The translations under genes and the position numbers were made by a program. From Abditibacteriaceae bacterium (GTDB taxonomy: Bacteria; Armatimonadota; Abditibacteriia; Abditibacteriales; Abditibacteriaceae), in assembly GCA_031425655.1 (NCBI GenBank), contig JANPJS010000168.1, forward strand, positions 1 through 27,373: a DNA stretch of 27,373 nt. The letters run 5' to 3'. The notes beneath the pieces were generated by a model. That model was not told where the DNA came from. It saw only the letters and a program-made list of their open reading frames with translations, and made no database searches. This document shows positions 8,439-16,810 of the stretch, piece after piece (position 1 is the stretch's first letter; every line of letters begins with the position of its first letter).

Positions 8439-9464
8439 TCAAAGCGAATCGCGGTTGGGATACAGCAGCACTTTGCCGCAGTTGCCGGTCAGTTGCAGTT
8501 CCCACGCTTCCTGCACTTGCGCAAGCGCGAATTTGTGCGTGATTAAACGGTCAATCAATTCGCCCTGACGCTGGATAACCTGCCACAAGCGCGCGGCATG
8601 ACGCAGATTCCAGTGCCACGATCCGTGCAGCGTGAGGCCTTTTCGCAGCAAGTGATCGCTGACGTGGAGCGCCACTTCGCCGCCTTCGCCGACAAAAGCC
8701 ACTTCGCCGCGCCGCCGCACGCCGTCCACCAACATAAGCTGCGCGGCAGGCACGCCGGAGCAATCAATGGCTTTATCGGCTCCCAAACCGCCGGTTAAGG
8801 TGCGAATCTGCTGAAGTGCGTCCGGGTCTTGCGGGTTAATGACGGCGCGGGCGCCTAATTCAAGCGCGAGATTGGCGCGGAATGGCTGCGATTCGATGGC
8901 AATGACTCGCGCGCCGCGATGCACGCCGTTAATTACGCCGCCTAAGCCCACAGGCCCCATGCCGCTAATGAGAACGGTATCGAAAGCATCCACGCGCAGG
9001 CGCCGCATCGCGCCAAAAGTCGGGCCGATGCCGCAACACGCCATGCTCGCGTGTTCGTAGCTCACTCCGTTGGGAATCGGCAACAAGAGCCAATCGGGTT
9101 TGAGCAGAAGCTGCGCGTAAGTCGCTGTGCCCGACTGGCTGCCTGTTTCCGCCAGCACATCGCGCCCGCTTTCGCAATGAATGTAATCGCCCGTCGCGCA
9201 CAAAGCGCAGTGTCCGCAGGGAAAACAGGGCATCGCTACCACGCGGTCGCCGACTTTCAAGCGCGTAGATTGATCAATCTCGACGACTTCGCCTGCCGCC
9301 TCGTGGCCCAGAGACTCGCTTTTGTGGCCCGACGCGTAAGCCTTATATTCGGTGCAAAGCGGCGCGACATGAACTTTTACGACGGCGATGTCGCCCGCCG
9401 CGTGCGGATCGGGCTTTTCGATGATGGCGGCTTGGCGTTCGCCGGTGATGGCTGCGATTTTCAT
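8439..9464 (-). CDS. Zinc-dependent medium-chain alcohol/sugar dehydrogenase
   Basis: LGHEAAGEV catalytic-Zn motif, CGHCALCATGDYIHC structural-Zn motif, GMGPVG Rossmann motif. Confidence 0.93.
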   Translation of the reverse strand: MKIAAITGERQAAIIEKPDPHAAGDIAVVKVHVAPLCTEYKAYASGHKSESLGHEAAGEVVEIDQSTRLKVGDRVVAMPCFPCGHCALCATGDYIHCESGRDVLAETGSQSGTATYAQLLLKPDWLLLPIPNGVSYEHASMACCGIGPTFGAMRRLRVDAFDTVLISGMGPVGLGGVINGVHRGARVIAIESQPFRANLALELGARAVINPQDPDALQQIRTLTGGLGADKAIDCSGVPAAQLMLVDGVRRRGEVAFVGEGGEVALHVSDHLLRKGLTLHGSWHWNLRHAARLWQVIQRQGELIDRLITHKFALAQVQEAWELQLTGNCGKVLLYPNRDSL

Positions 9465-9487
9465 AAATCAACTTTGCAGAACAAATT

Positions 9488-9630
9488 CAACCACAGATGG
9501 ACACGGATGGACACGGATAATTTTTGGTATTGGCAAAGAGAGTTGGATTGATGGCTTATTTCGGGCAGTCTTGCTGCGTCTTCGGCGGGCCATAAAAAAA
9601 TCCGTCTTCATCCGTGTTCATCTGCGGTTG
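9488..9630. repeat. Intergenic inverted repeat with 9-bp ACACGGATG tandem arms
   Basis: CAACCACAGATGGACACGGATGGACACGGAT (9488-9518) mirrors ATCCGTCTTCATCCGTGTTCATCTGCGGTTG (9600-9630). Confidence 0.9.
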
Positions 9631-9638
9631 CATTGTGC

Positions 9639-11720
9639 TTATCCGGGCAGCAGATTGTGGCCGACGCGGCCCTGCCAGCCGTCAATGATCAGCCAGAACA
9701 ACATCATGGCCACATCGCCTAAGGCCAAACCGAGAAATCCCGGCACCAGTTGGCGATACGACGGCGAGCCGCCAAAGCGCATCACCAGAGTTTTGCAAAG
9801 CCAACCGAGGAAGATTGAAAACCAGAACGTGAACATCGGGTGCGTGAGGCACAGCACCAAGCCGATGGGATTGAGCGGAAACCACGTCAGACGGCTGCGC
9901 GCCAACATCAACATCCATACTTCCAAACCGCCAAGCGCCGTCCATAGCCAGTTCGTCCAACTCATACCGGGCACTTCGTGGCCCAAATCGCGCGTGATGG
10001 CGCCGGCCATGCGCGGCAAGCCCTGCGAGTAAGTCGGGTGCAATTGCAAGCCGCCGTGTTGATAACCCAGCCTCACGCCCTGCCACACACCCAGCACATA
10101 AGTGATGAAAACCACGCCGCCGATGAGCATCATCAAGGGCCGCATCGCGATGCCCCGGTCGCGCGCTAACTTGAAGCCGTGAAAAAACGACGGCAGAATA
10201 TTCGCGCGCAAATCAATAATCATCGAAGATTGCACGATGCCCGCCGGCGCCAGACTTTCCGGCGCCAGCCAGCGTCCCGGCCCCGATCCGACAAGCTGCG
10301 CCAAAGTGCCCAGCGGCGTAAATCCCTGCTGCACGTAAAGCATTCCGCTTTCGACGACCACGCGCGCCAAAACAATCACGCACATCACATAAAACGACCA
10401 CACGGCCAACGCGATGTCCCAGCGAATGCCCGCCAGCACGCTCCACAGCAGCACGAACGCGAAACAAGCGATAAAGCCCCAGAACGCGACGGGATACGGC
10501 ATGGCTTCGCGCTTTTCGGCTTCCGTTGGCGGCGTGCGTTTGAAAGCGCGCCGCACGACGTGGCGCAAATGTTCGCGCGCCGCCCAGAAAATCAGCAGCG
10601 TATAAACGATGTAGGCGCCAAGCTGCTGAAACGCGGTAAAAGTTTTGGCGGGAATGCCAGCCCAACCGATGGTGTCGGGCAGCGTGCCAGGCATGAAACC
10701 GAAGTAGTAGGCCACAATATATTGCGCTTTGAAGAGCAGATAAAAGAACCACAGCGAAAACGAAACTTCGCTGGTGAGAAGATACGCTACGCCAACGCCT
10801 AAGGGATAAACGAAAATCGGAAAGCGGTCAAGTTGGTTCCACGGCGACTCGGTCATCAAGTTATCGAGGGGCAAAACCAGAGGAATCACCGGCACTTCGC
10901 TGACGTAGTAATTGACGCCGTTCAAAAACTGCACAAAAGCCGCAATACCGAACCCGACCCACATGATGCGATTGCGAAAAAACGCTGGATAACCCCCCTT
11001 TCCCCCCTTACCAAGGGGGGATGAAGGGGAGTTATCCTGCCCTTCCGTCATTTCGATGGGAAATTTCAGCAGAGGAAATGCCAGCGCCTCGCGCTCGGCC
11101 CATTGCGAGCGCAGCAAAACCGCAAGACACGCCCACATAAAATAAGTGGCGAAAATCGCCGCACTCCACGCCAAGATCGGCACCAGCCACGCCGCCCACG
11201 GCACTACGCCGCCGGTGCCGTTATACCAACCTTCGACGACTTTGCGTCCGGCCTCATCGTAAGTTCCGCCGCCCGCCCACAGCGCCGGCGTGAACCACGC
11301 TTGCAGGTTCGGCAGAATGCTTTCCAGCCACTTGTTTTCCGGCGTGGCGAAGTAAAACGGGCCGAGCGTGCAGCCCACGAAGTAGTTTTCGGCGCCGTGT
11401 CCGGGAATCAAGCACGAAAACAGGCAGGTAATGTAAATCGTAAGAATCTCGTTGCGCGAAAAGCCGCCGCGCCGCGACATCAATCGTAGCAACGGATTTA
11501 CGATGAGAAGAAGCGCAAGCAGCGTCCCGATAGCGCCAATCGGCAGCGGTTGCGCGCCAAGATAGGTATTTTTCAGCTTTACGTCAATAATCGGCATGAC
11601 TAAGCCGAAAAATACGGCCAAGCTGAGGCTAAACGCCACGACGCGTGGCGTTACGCCACGCGTGCGCGCGAGGATTTCCGCCGTTTCAGGCGCCGTCGTG
11701 GGCTGAAGATCGTTCATCAC
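9639..11720 (-). CDS. Polytopic membrane protein of DUF6785/DUF6784 type (putative transporter)
   Basis: 693 aa with many TM segments; motifs FATPENKW, QWAEREALAFPL, EVSFSLWFFY, ARVVVESG, WFPLNPIG, SIFLGWLCK, PGFLGLALGD. Start may be GTG 11720 or ATG 11717. Confidence 0.75.
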   Translation of the reverse strand: MMNDLQPTTAPETAEILARTRGVTPRVVAFSLSLAVFFGLVMPIIDVKLKNTYLGAQPLPIGAIGTLLALLLIVNPLLRLMSRRGGFSRNEILTIYITCLFSCLIPGHGAENYFVGCTLGPFYFATPENKWLESILPNLQAWFTPALWAGGGTYDEAGRKVVEGWYNGTGGVVPWAAWLVPILAWSAAIFATYFMWACLAVLLRSQWAEREALAFPLLKFPIEMTEGQDNSPSSPLGKGGKGGYPAFFRNRIMWVGFGIAAFVQFLNGVNYYVSEVPVIPLVLPLDNLMTESPWNQLDRFPIFVYPLGVGVAYLLTSEVSFSLWFFYLLFKAQYIVAYYFGFMPGTLPDTIGWAGIPAKTFTAFQQLGAYIVYTLLIFWAAREHLRHVVRRAFKRTPPTEAEKREAMPYPVAFWGFIACFAFVLLWSVLAGIRWDIALAVWSFYVMCVIVLARVVVESGMLYVQQGFTPLGTLAQLVGSGPGRWLAPESLAPAGIVQSSMIIDLRANILPSFFHGFKLARDRGIAMRPLMMLIGGVVFITYVLGVWQGVRLGYQHGGLQLHPTYSQGLPRMAGAITRDLGHEVPGMSWTNWLWTALGGLEVWMLMLARSRLTWFPLNPIGLVLCLTHPMFTFWFSIFLGWLCKTLVMRFGGSPSYRQLVPGFLGLALGDVAMMLFWLIIDGWQGRVGHNLLPG
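10987..11037. repeat. Palindromic element inside the DUF6785 gene
   Basis: GGATAAC-CCCCCTT-T-CCCCCCTT-ACC-AAGGGGGG-AT-GAAGGGG-A-GTTATCC; 51 bp, translated as DNSPSSPLGKGGKGGYP. Confidence 0.8.
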
Positions 11721-11767
11721 CTAAGTGGATTGCAGCAAGCTCAGTCAATGGGCCAATAGCCACTCGC

Positions 11768-11834
11768 GGCGGGGTTGACGCCCTCTTCCAAACGAAGCCG
11801 TTACTGCTGCTTGGAAGAGGGCGTCAGCCCCGCC
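11768..11834. repeat. REP/REPIN-like inverted pair
   Basis: GGCGGGGTTGACGCCCTCTTCCAA (11768-11791) and TTGGAAGAGGGCGTCAGCCCCGCC (11811-11834); 24-bp arms with one mismatch. Confidence 0.85.
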
Positions 11835-11853
11835 ACAATTTGGCGACAGGTCT

Positions 11854-13272
11854 TCACAAAAAGCGGCCCTGTTCACCGTGTAATTCGCGTTCGCGCGCGT
11901 TCCAATCGTCCACCAGATTCATAGAGCGCAGCGTGGCGTCCCACGATAAATCGGCATCGCGGGCGCGAGCCAGTAATAAATCGAGCAATTCGTCGAGTTC
12001 GCCCAATAAACAAGCGCTTGCGGCGTCTTCGGCGAGATTATTGGTTTGAAATTGGTCGGCGATGTTATCGAAAAGCAGCCACGCTTGGCGGTCGGCGCGG
12101 CGCGCGTAGGTGTGAGTGCGCGTTCGTAAGCCGCGCCACGGCTCAACGCCTTGCAGCAAGCCTTCGTCAGTCGTCACCATTTCCATCAGCAAAACCGCGT
12201 TCGGGCCGGATTGATGCGTGCCGCGCAGAGCCGGCGACAGGTCAATGCCGTCGAAAAGCGCGTTGGTATCCACTTCGAGCAGGCCGAGAAGCGACGGCGT
12301 GAAATCGGCGACCGCAAGCAGCGTTTGCGGACGCGAACCGGCAGGCACTTGTCCCGGCCAGCGCATCAAAAACGGCAGGTGAATCGCCTCTTCATAAGGC
12401 AACTGCTTTTTCAGCCGCCCGTGCGACCACAGCATATCGCCGTGATCGCTGGTAAAAACCACGACCGTATTTTCGGTCAATCCGCGCGTGTCCAAATCGT
12501 CGAGCAAGCGTCCCAACTGCGCGTCGAGGGCGCTAATCGCCGCGTAATAATTCGCCGTCGTGGTGCGGCAATCGAGACCGTTTGCCAGCGCATTCTCCGG
12601 GTTTTCAACGACGTTCGGGCGCAGTTGCAGCGTGGCGGGGTCGTAAAGTGCGCGATATTCGGCGGGCACTTGATGATACGGATCGTGCGGCGGCCCCCAC
12701 GAAAGATACAGGCAAAAAGGCCGCTCGTCGCTGACGTGCAGAAACTCCAGAGCGATGTCGGTTTGCACTTGCGGCTCGTAGCCGGGCGGCGTGATGGATT
12801 CGGGCGTGTCGCGGAAATACCGCACGTTTTCGTAATCGTGACGGCAGTTGGCAGCGGCCCAGAAATCGAATCCCTGACGGCGCGGGCCGGGCGGCGTAAA
12901 TTTATCGCGCGGCACGCCGTCGAGATGCCATTTGCCGATGTAGCCGGTGCGATAACCGGCGGCTTTCAGGAAATCGCCGATAGCCGGCACGTTTTCCGGC
13001 AGCGGCAAATCGTTGGCAACTACGCAATTGCGCGGCGGCAAAAGCCCCGTCAGCAAAACCGCGCGCGAGGGGCCACAAACCGGGCAATTGGCGAAGGTAT
13101 TGGGCACCAAAGCGCCTTCGCGCGCCAAACGATCCATGTTGGGCGTGTGAACCTGCGCGTTTCCGGCGCAGTTCATGTCGAAGCCGCGCATCTGATCGGC
13201 GAAAATGAAAAGCAAATTGGGTCGCGCTATCGTGGAATGAAGGGCTTTGTTTTTCTGGTGCGATGGTTTCAT
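11854..13272 (-). CDS. Cys-type formylglycine-dependent (S1) sulfatase
   Basis: RPNLLFIFADQ, CGPSRAVLLTG (CxPxR), GYIGKWHL, PPHDP, FTSDHGDMLWSHG; no obvious signal peptide. Confidence 0.95.
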   Translation of the reverse strand: MKPSHQKNKALHSTIARPNLLFIFADQMRGFDMNCAGNAQVHTPNMDRLAREGALVPNTFANCPVCGPSRAVLLTGLLPPRNCVVANDLPLPENVPAIGDFLKAAGYRTGYIGKWHLDGVPRDKFTPPGPRRQGFDFWAAANCRHDYENVRYFRDTPESITPPGYEPQVQTDIALEFLHVSDERPFCLYLSWGPPHDPYHQVPAEYRALYDPATLQLRPNVVENPENALANGLDCRTTTANYYAAISALDAQLGRLLDDLDTRGLTENTVVVFTSDHGDMLWSHGRLKKQLPYEEAIHLPFLMRWPGQVPAGSRPQTLLAVADFTPSLLGLLEVDTNALFDGIDLSPALRGTHQSGPNAVLLMEMVTTDEGLLQGVEPWRGLRTRTHTYARRADRQAWLLFDNIADQFQTNNLAEDAASACLLGELDELLDLLLARARDADLSWDATLRSMNLVDDWNARERELHGEQGRFL

Positions 13273-13294
13273 AGTTCGATGTTAGGCTGCGACG

Positions 13295-14275
13295 TTATTT
13301 TTCAACATCCCGCGCGCAGCGAAAACCGCAATGACCGGACGTGCTGTCGGGCGTGTTAAAAGTGCGCGCCGCCACGCGGTAACGGTTGCAATAGCTAACG
13401 TGGCAGAGATACGAACCGCCTTTCATCAGCTTGGTTTCGCCCGAACCCGGCCCGCTCGGATTATCGCGCGGCCCGCTCAAATGATAAGTCGGACTAAACC
13501 AGTCGGCGCACCACTCCCAGACGTTACCGGACATATTATAAAGATTGTAACCGTTGGCTGCGAAGCTCTTGGCCGGCGCGCGACTGGTGAAGCCATCGGC
13601 GCCGGAATTGAACGTGGGAAACTTGCCCTGCCAGATATTGCAAAAATGCCTGCCGCCGGGCGCCAATTCATCGCCCCAGGGATAAAGTTTCTGCGCTAAA
13701 CCGCCGCGCGCCGCGAATTCCCATTCGGCTTCGCTTGGCAGACGCTGGCCGGCCCACTGGCAATAAGCGGCTGCATCGTGCCACGAAATATGCACAACCG
13801 GATGATCTTCGCGCTTTTTCAAGTTACTTCCGGGGCCTTCGGGCCGTTTCCAGCACGCGCCTTCGACGCCGATCCACCATTCAGTGCCCGCCGCCACGCC
13901 CGCCGTGCTGCGTTTGGCTTTGGCCGTCACTTCTTTGTGAAAAACATAGCTCCAGCCGAATTTTTCCGCTTCGCTGATGTAATTTGTAGCCGATACGAAT
14001 TCTTGAAACTCAGCGTTGGTTGTAGCGCACTGGGCGATGAAAAATGGCTTCAAAGTCACGGCGCGGACGGGCGTCTCGCCATCGCCGAGCCACGCGAGAT
14101 CGGCGCGGTCGGTGCCCATTAAAAACTCGCCGCCGCTTAAGCGCACCATGCCGCGCGTGTCGCCAAAATGCGGGCTGCGCTCGGCAAATTCTTCCGGTGG
14201 CGCGCTGCTGCTTTCGCGCGGCGCGTGGGGCGCGCAACACGGCTTGGTTTCAGAAAGAGAAAGAGGTAACGCCAT
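13295..14275 (-). CDS. Formylglycine-generating enzyme (SUMF1/FGE), sulfatase maturase
   Basis: HPVVHISWHDA, RLPSEAEWEFAARGG, NMSGNVWEW, and catalytic GGSYLCHVSYCNRYR; adjacent to the sulfatase. Confidence 0.93.
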   Translation of the reverse strand: MALPLSLSETKPCCAPHAPRESSSAPPEEFAERSPHFGDTRGMVRLSGGEFLMGTDRADLAWLGDGETPVRAVTLKPFFIAQCATTNAEFQEFVSATNYISEAEKFGWSYVFHKEVTAKAKRSTAGVAAGTEWWIGVEGACWKRPEGPGSNLKKREDHPVVHISWHDAAAYCQWAGQRLPSEAEWEFAARGGLAQKLYPWGDELAPGGRHFCNIWQGKFPTFNSGADGFTSRAPAKSFAANGYNLYNMSGNVWEWCADWFSPTYHLSGPRDNPSGPGSGETKLMKGGSYLCHVSYCNRYRVAARTFNTPDSTSGHCGFRCARDVEK

Positions 14276-14277
14276 AA

Positions 14278-14313
14278 TTTACAATTCGACCGAATTATAC
14301 TTTCAATTGTAAA
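14278..14313. promoter_or_regulatory. Divergent promoter region: candidate operator and minus-strand -10 box
   Basis: TTTACAATT-N18-AATTGTAAA inverted repeat enclosing a minus-strand TATAAT (14294-14299); no clear -35. Confidence 0.4.
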
Positions 14314-14394
14314 CAAGTTGAGCGTTTCGCGTGGAAACTTCAAGCGCGTGTGCTTGTCCATAATCGCTAATTCAAGATTTCCACGGAGATTTCC

Positions 14395-15141
14395 ATGCAA
14401 CGAAAGGTTCAGCCTTTATTATCGCTGGCTTGTTTAGGCGCTTTATTTTTGGGCGCGCCGCAATTGCGCGCCGCCGACCCGCCGGCTGAGCCGCCGCCCA
14501 CCGCGCCGGCCAAACCCGGTGTCATTCCCGGCTGGGGACGCTGGCTTGATCCGAGTAAAGACTGCAAATGGCGCTTGGACGGCGGCAAGTTGGCCATCGC
14601 CGTGCCCGGCACCGCGCACGATTTAAGCGTCGAGCAAGGCCTGATGAACGCGCCGATGGTGATGCAGGAAGCAAACGGCGATTTCACGGTGCAGGTGAAA
14701 GTCAGCGGCGATTTCGCGCCCGGCAAACCGCTGGTGCAAGGCCGCGCGGCTTATCAGGGCGCAGGTTTCGCCGTCGCGCAGGACAACAACAATTACATTC
14801 GTCTCGAACGCGCCGTCTACAATCGCGCCGACGGACAAGGTTTTCACTACGTCAACTTCGAGGTGCGCTTGAACGGTCAAGTGGTTCGCCTCGGCCAATC
14901 GTCCGATTATCCCGTCCCCGCCGAAGTGCCGGTTTATTTGAAGTTAGAGCGCAGCGGAGCGCAAATGCGCGGCTCAGTCAGCGGCGACGGCCAAAACTGG
15001 AAAGCGATTGGCATTAAAGCCTTTACGGCAGCGCCCAAACTTTATGTGGCGGTTTCCGCCGTCAACGCTTCCGACGCACCCTTCGCGCCGCAATTCGAGA
15101 GCTTGAAATTGGCGACAGCGCAAAAAGACGCGGCGAATTAA
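14395..15141 (+). CDS. Secreted DUF1349 / ConA-like beta-sandwich protein
   Basis: GGAG RBS; signal peptide; Pro-rich linker; GWGRWLDP, NAPMV...GDFTVQVKV, GAGF...DNNNYIRLER, YLKLERSG...SGDGQNW. Confidence 0.75.
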   Translation: MQRKVQPLLSLACLGALFLGAPQLRAADPPAEPPPTAPAKPGVIPGWGRWLDPSKDCKWRLDGGKLAIAVPGTAHDLSVEQGLMNAPMVMQEANGDFTVQVKVSGDFAPGKPLVQGRAAYQGAGFAVAQDNNNYIRLERAVYNRADGQGFHYVNFEVRLNGQVVRLGQSSDYPVPAEVPVYLKLERSGAQMRGSVSGDGQNWKAIGIKAFTAAPKLYVAVSAVNASDAPFAPQFESLKLATAQKDAAN

Positions 15142-15159
15142 GCATCTAAAAGCGAACGC

Positions 15160-15194
15160 AAGGCCGGGAACTCTTCAGTTCCCGGCCTTTTTTT
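15160..15194 (+). terminator. Intrinsic terminator
   Basis: AAGGCCGGGAACT-CTTC-AGTTCCCGGCC followed by T7. Confidence 0.9.
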
Positions 15195-15286
15195 GAATAT
15201 AATCAGACGCAGGCCATGCTCAGACCCGGCGGTAAATGGCCGGGTCTGATTATCGGGTCACGGCATCGAATTGGAGTTTTTTCGAC

Positions 15287-16678
15287 ATGAACAGACGCGA
15301 ATTTCTAACCGCCGCAACAGGCGCAACAGCGATTACTGCCACGCCGAATTTATTGCAAGCCGCTACGCCGATTGCCACAACTCCGACACTGCCGAAACTC
15401 GCGCCGCGCTTTGGCGATGGGCGCGATTGGTGGTTCGAGAAGCGTTTCGGGCTTTTCGTGCATTGGGGCCTTTACGCGATTCACGGATTACACGAGCAGG
15501 AACAATGGCGCTATCGCGTGCCGCGCGCAGAATACGTGAAACTCGCGCAGCAATGGAATCCGACGAAGTTTAATCCCGACGCATGGCTCGATTTGGCCGA
15601 ATCCGCCGGCATGAAATACATTTGTCTTACGACTAAGCACCACGACGGATTTTGTCTGTGGGACACCAAACTGACTTCTTACAACACGATGAACACACCT
15701 TACGGCAAAGACATCGTGAAAATGTTAGCCGATGCCTGCCACAAGCGCGATTTTCCTCTGTGCCTTTATTACTCGATTGCCGACTGGCATCAGCCGAATT
15801 ACCCGAATCAGGGCCGTCATCACGAGTTGCCTCCGCAACCCGGCGACGAACCGGATTTACCCAAATACATCGAGTTTCTGCGCGGGCAAATCCGCGAGCT
15901 TTGCAGCAATTACGGCACGATCCACGGCATTTGGTGGGACATGAACGTGGATCAGCACGTTGACCCGACCATCAACGCCATGATTCGCCAGTTGCAGCCC
16001 AAAGCCGTCATCAACGACCGGGGCTACGACAAAGGCGATTTCGGCACGCCCGAACGCGAATACGACAAAGGCGGCGAAGAGTCGCCATCGTTCGATAAGC
16101 GCACCGAAGCCTGCAATTCGGTCGGAGCGGAAAGCTGGGGCTATCGCCGCGACGAAGATTATTACACCGACCGCCATTTAATTCGCAGCATTGATAAATA
16201 TCTGGCGCGCGACGCCAACTATTTGCTCAACGTCGGCCCGCAAGCCGATGGCCGCATTCCCGACGAAGCCATCGTCATTTTGCGGCGCATCGGCAAATGG
16301 TATCAGGCCGTGCGCGAATCGCTCGAAGGTGCCCTGCCCGCCTCAAACCTGACAACCAATCGCAACGTGCTTTTGACGCGCAAAGGCAACACGATTTATG
16401 TGCATTTGCACAAAGAAACGCCGACCGAAGCCGTCAAACTCAAGCCGCTGCAAATCGCGCCGCGCCGCGCGACGTTATTGAACACAGGAAAACCCGTCGA
16501 GTTTTCCCTTGACATGGTGCCCAGCGATCACGTCGAGCAGCGCGGCTATTTGCGCCTGCATAATTTGCCGGTCAACGAATTGAACACGGTTTTAGTCGTA
16601 AAATTAGAGTTTGATGCACTGCCTGACGCCATCGAAACCAAACCGTCGGCCAGTGCAAACGATATTAATCGTCGTTAA
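15287..16678 (+). CDS. Tat-exported GH29 alpha-L-fucosidase
   Basis: MNRREFL twin-arginine signal; RFGLFVHWGLY, AGMKY..LTTKHHDGF.LW, LYYS..DW, IWWD nucleophile, LLNVGP..DG; GGAG upstream of ATG 15287. Confidence 0.93.
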   Translation: MNRREFLTAATGATAITATPNLLQAATPIATTPTLPKLAPRFGDGRDWWFEKRFGLFVHWGLYAIHGLHEQEQWRYRVPRAEYVKLAQQWNPTKFNPDAWLDLAESAGMKYICLTTKHHDGFCLWDTKLTSYNTMNTPYGKDIVKMLADACHKRDFPLCLYYSIADWHQPNYPNQGRHHELPPQPGDEPDLPKYIEFLRGQIRELCSNYGTIHGIWWDMNVDQHVDPTINAMIRQLQPKAVINDRGYDKGDFGTPEREYDKGGEESPSFDKRTEACNSVGAESWGYRRDEDYYTDRHLIRSIDKYLARDANYLLNVGPQADGRIPDEAIVILRRIGKWYQAVRESLEGALPASNLTTNRNVLLTRKGNTIYVHLHKETPTEAVKLKPLQIAPRRATLLNTGKPVEFSLDMVPSDHVEQRGYLRLHNLPVNELNTVLVVKLEFDALPDAIETKPSASANDINRR

Positions 16679-16682
16679 AACA

Positions 16683-16805
16683 TTCAATTGGAACACGGCG
16701 GCTTCGCCGACACGGAAACGACACAGATTTACACGGATTTTTTGGTTTTAAACCGTGTAAATCCCCGCCGTTTCCGTGTCGGCGAAGCCGCCGTGTTCCA
16801 TTGAA
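16683..16805. repeat. Intergenic inverted repeat (ACACGGA family) with a mirrored CGGCTTCGCCG mini-hairpin
   Basis: 16689-16720 is the exact reverse complement of 16769-16800; inner GATTTACACGG / CCGTGTAAATC pair. Confidence 0.92.
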
Positions 16806-16810
16806 AAGGA

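Noticed and set aside
12151..13359. 402-aa plus-strand ORF
   Set aside because: Antisense shadow of the sulfatase and FGE genes; no recognisable motifs; expected in GC-rich DNA
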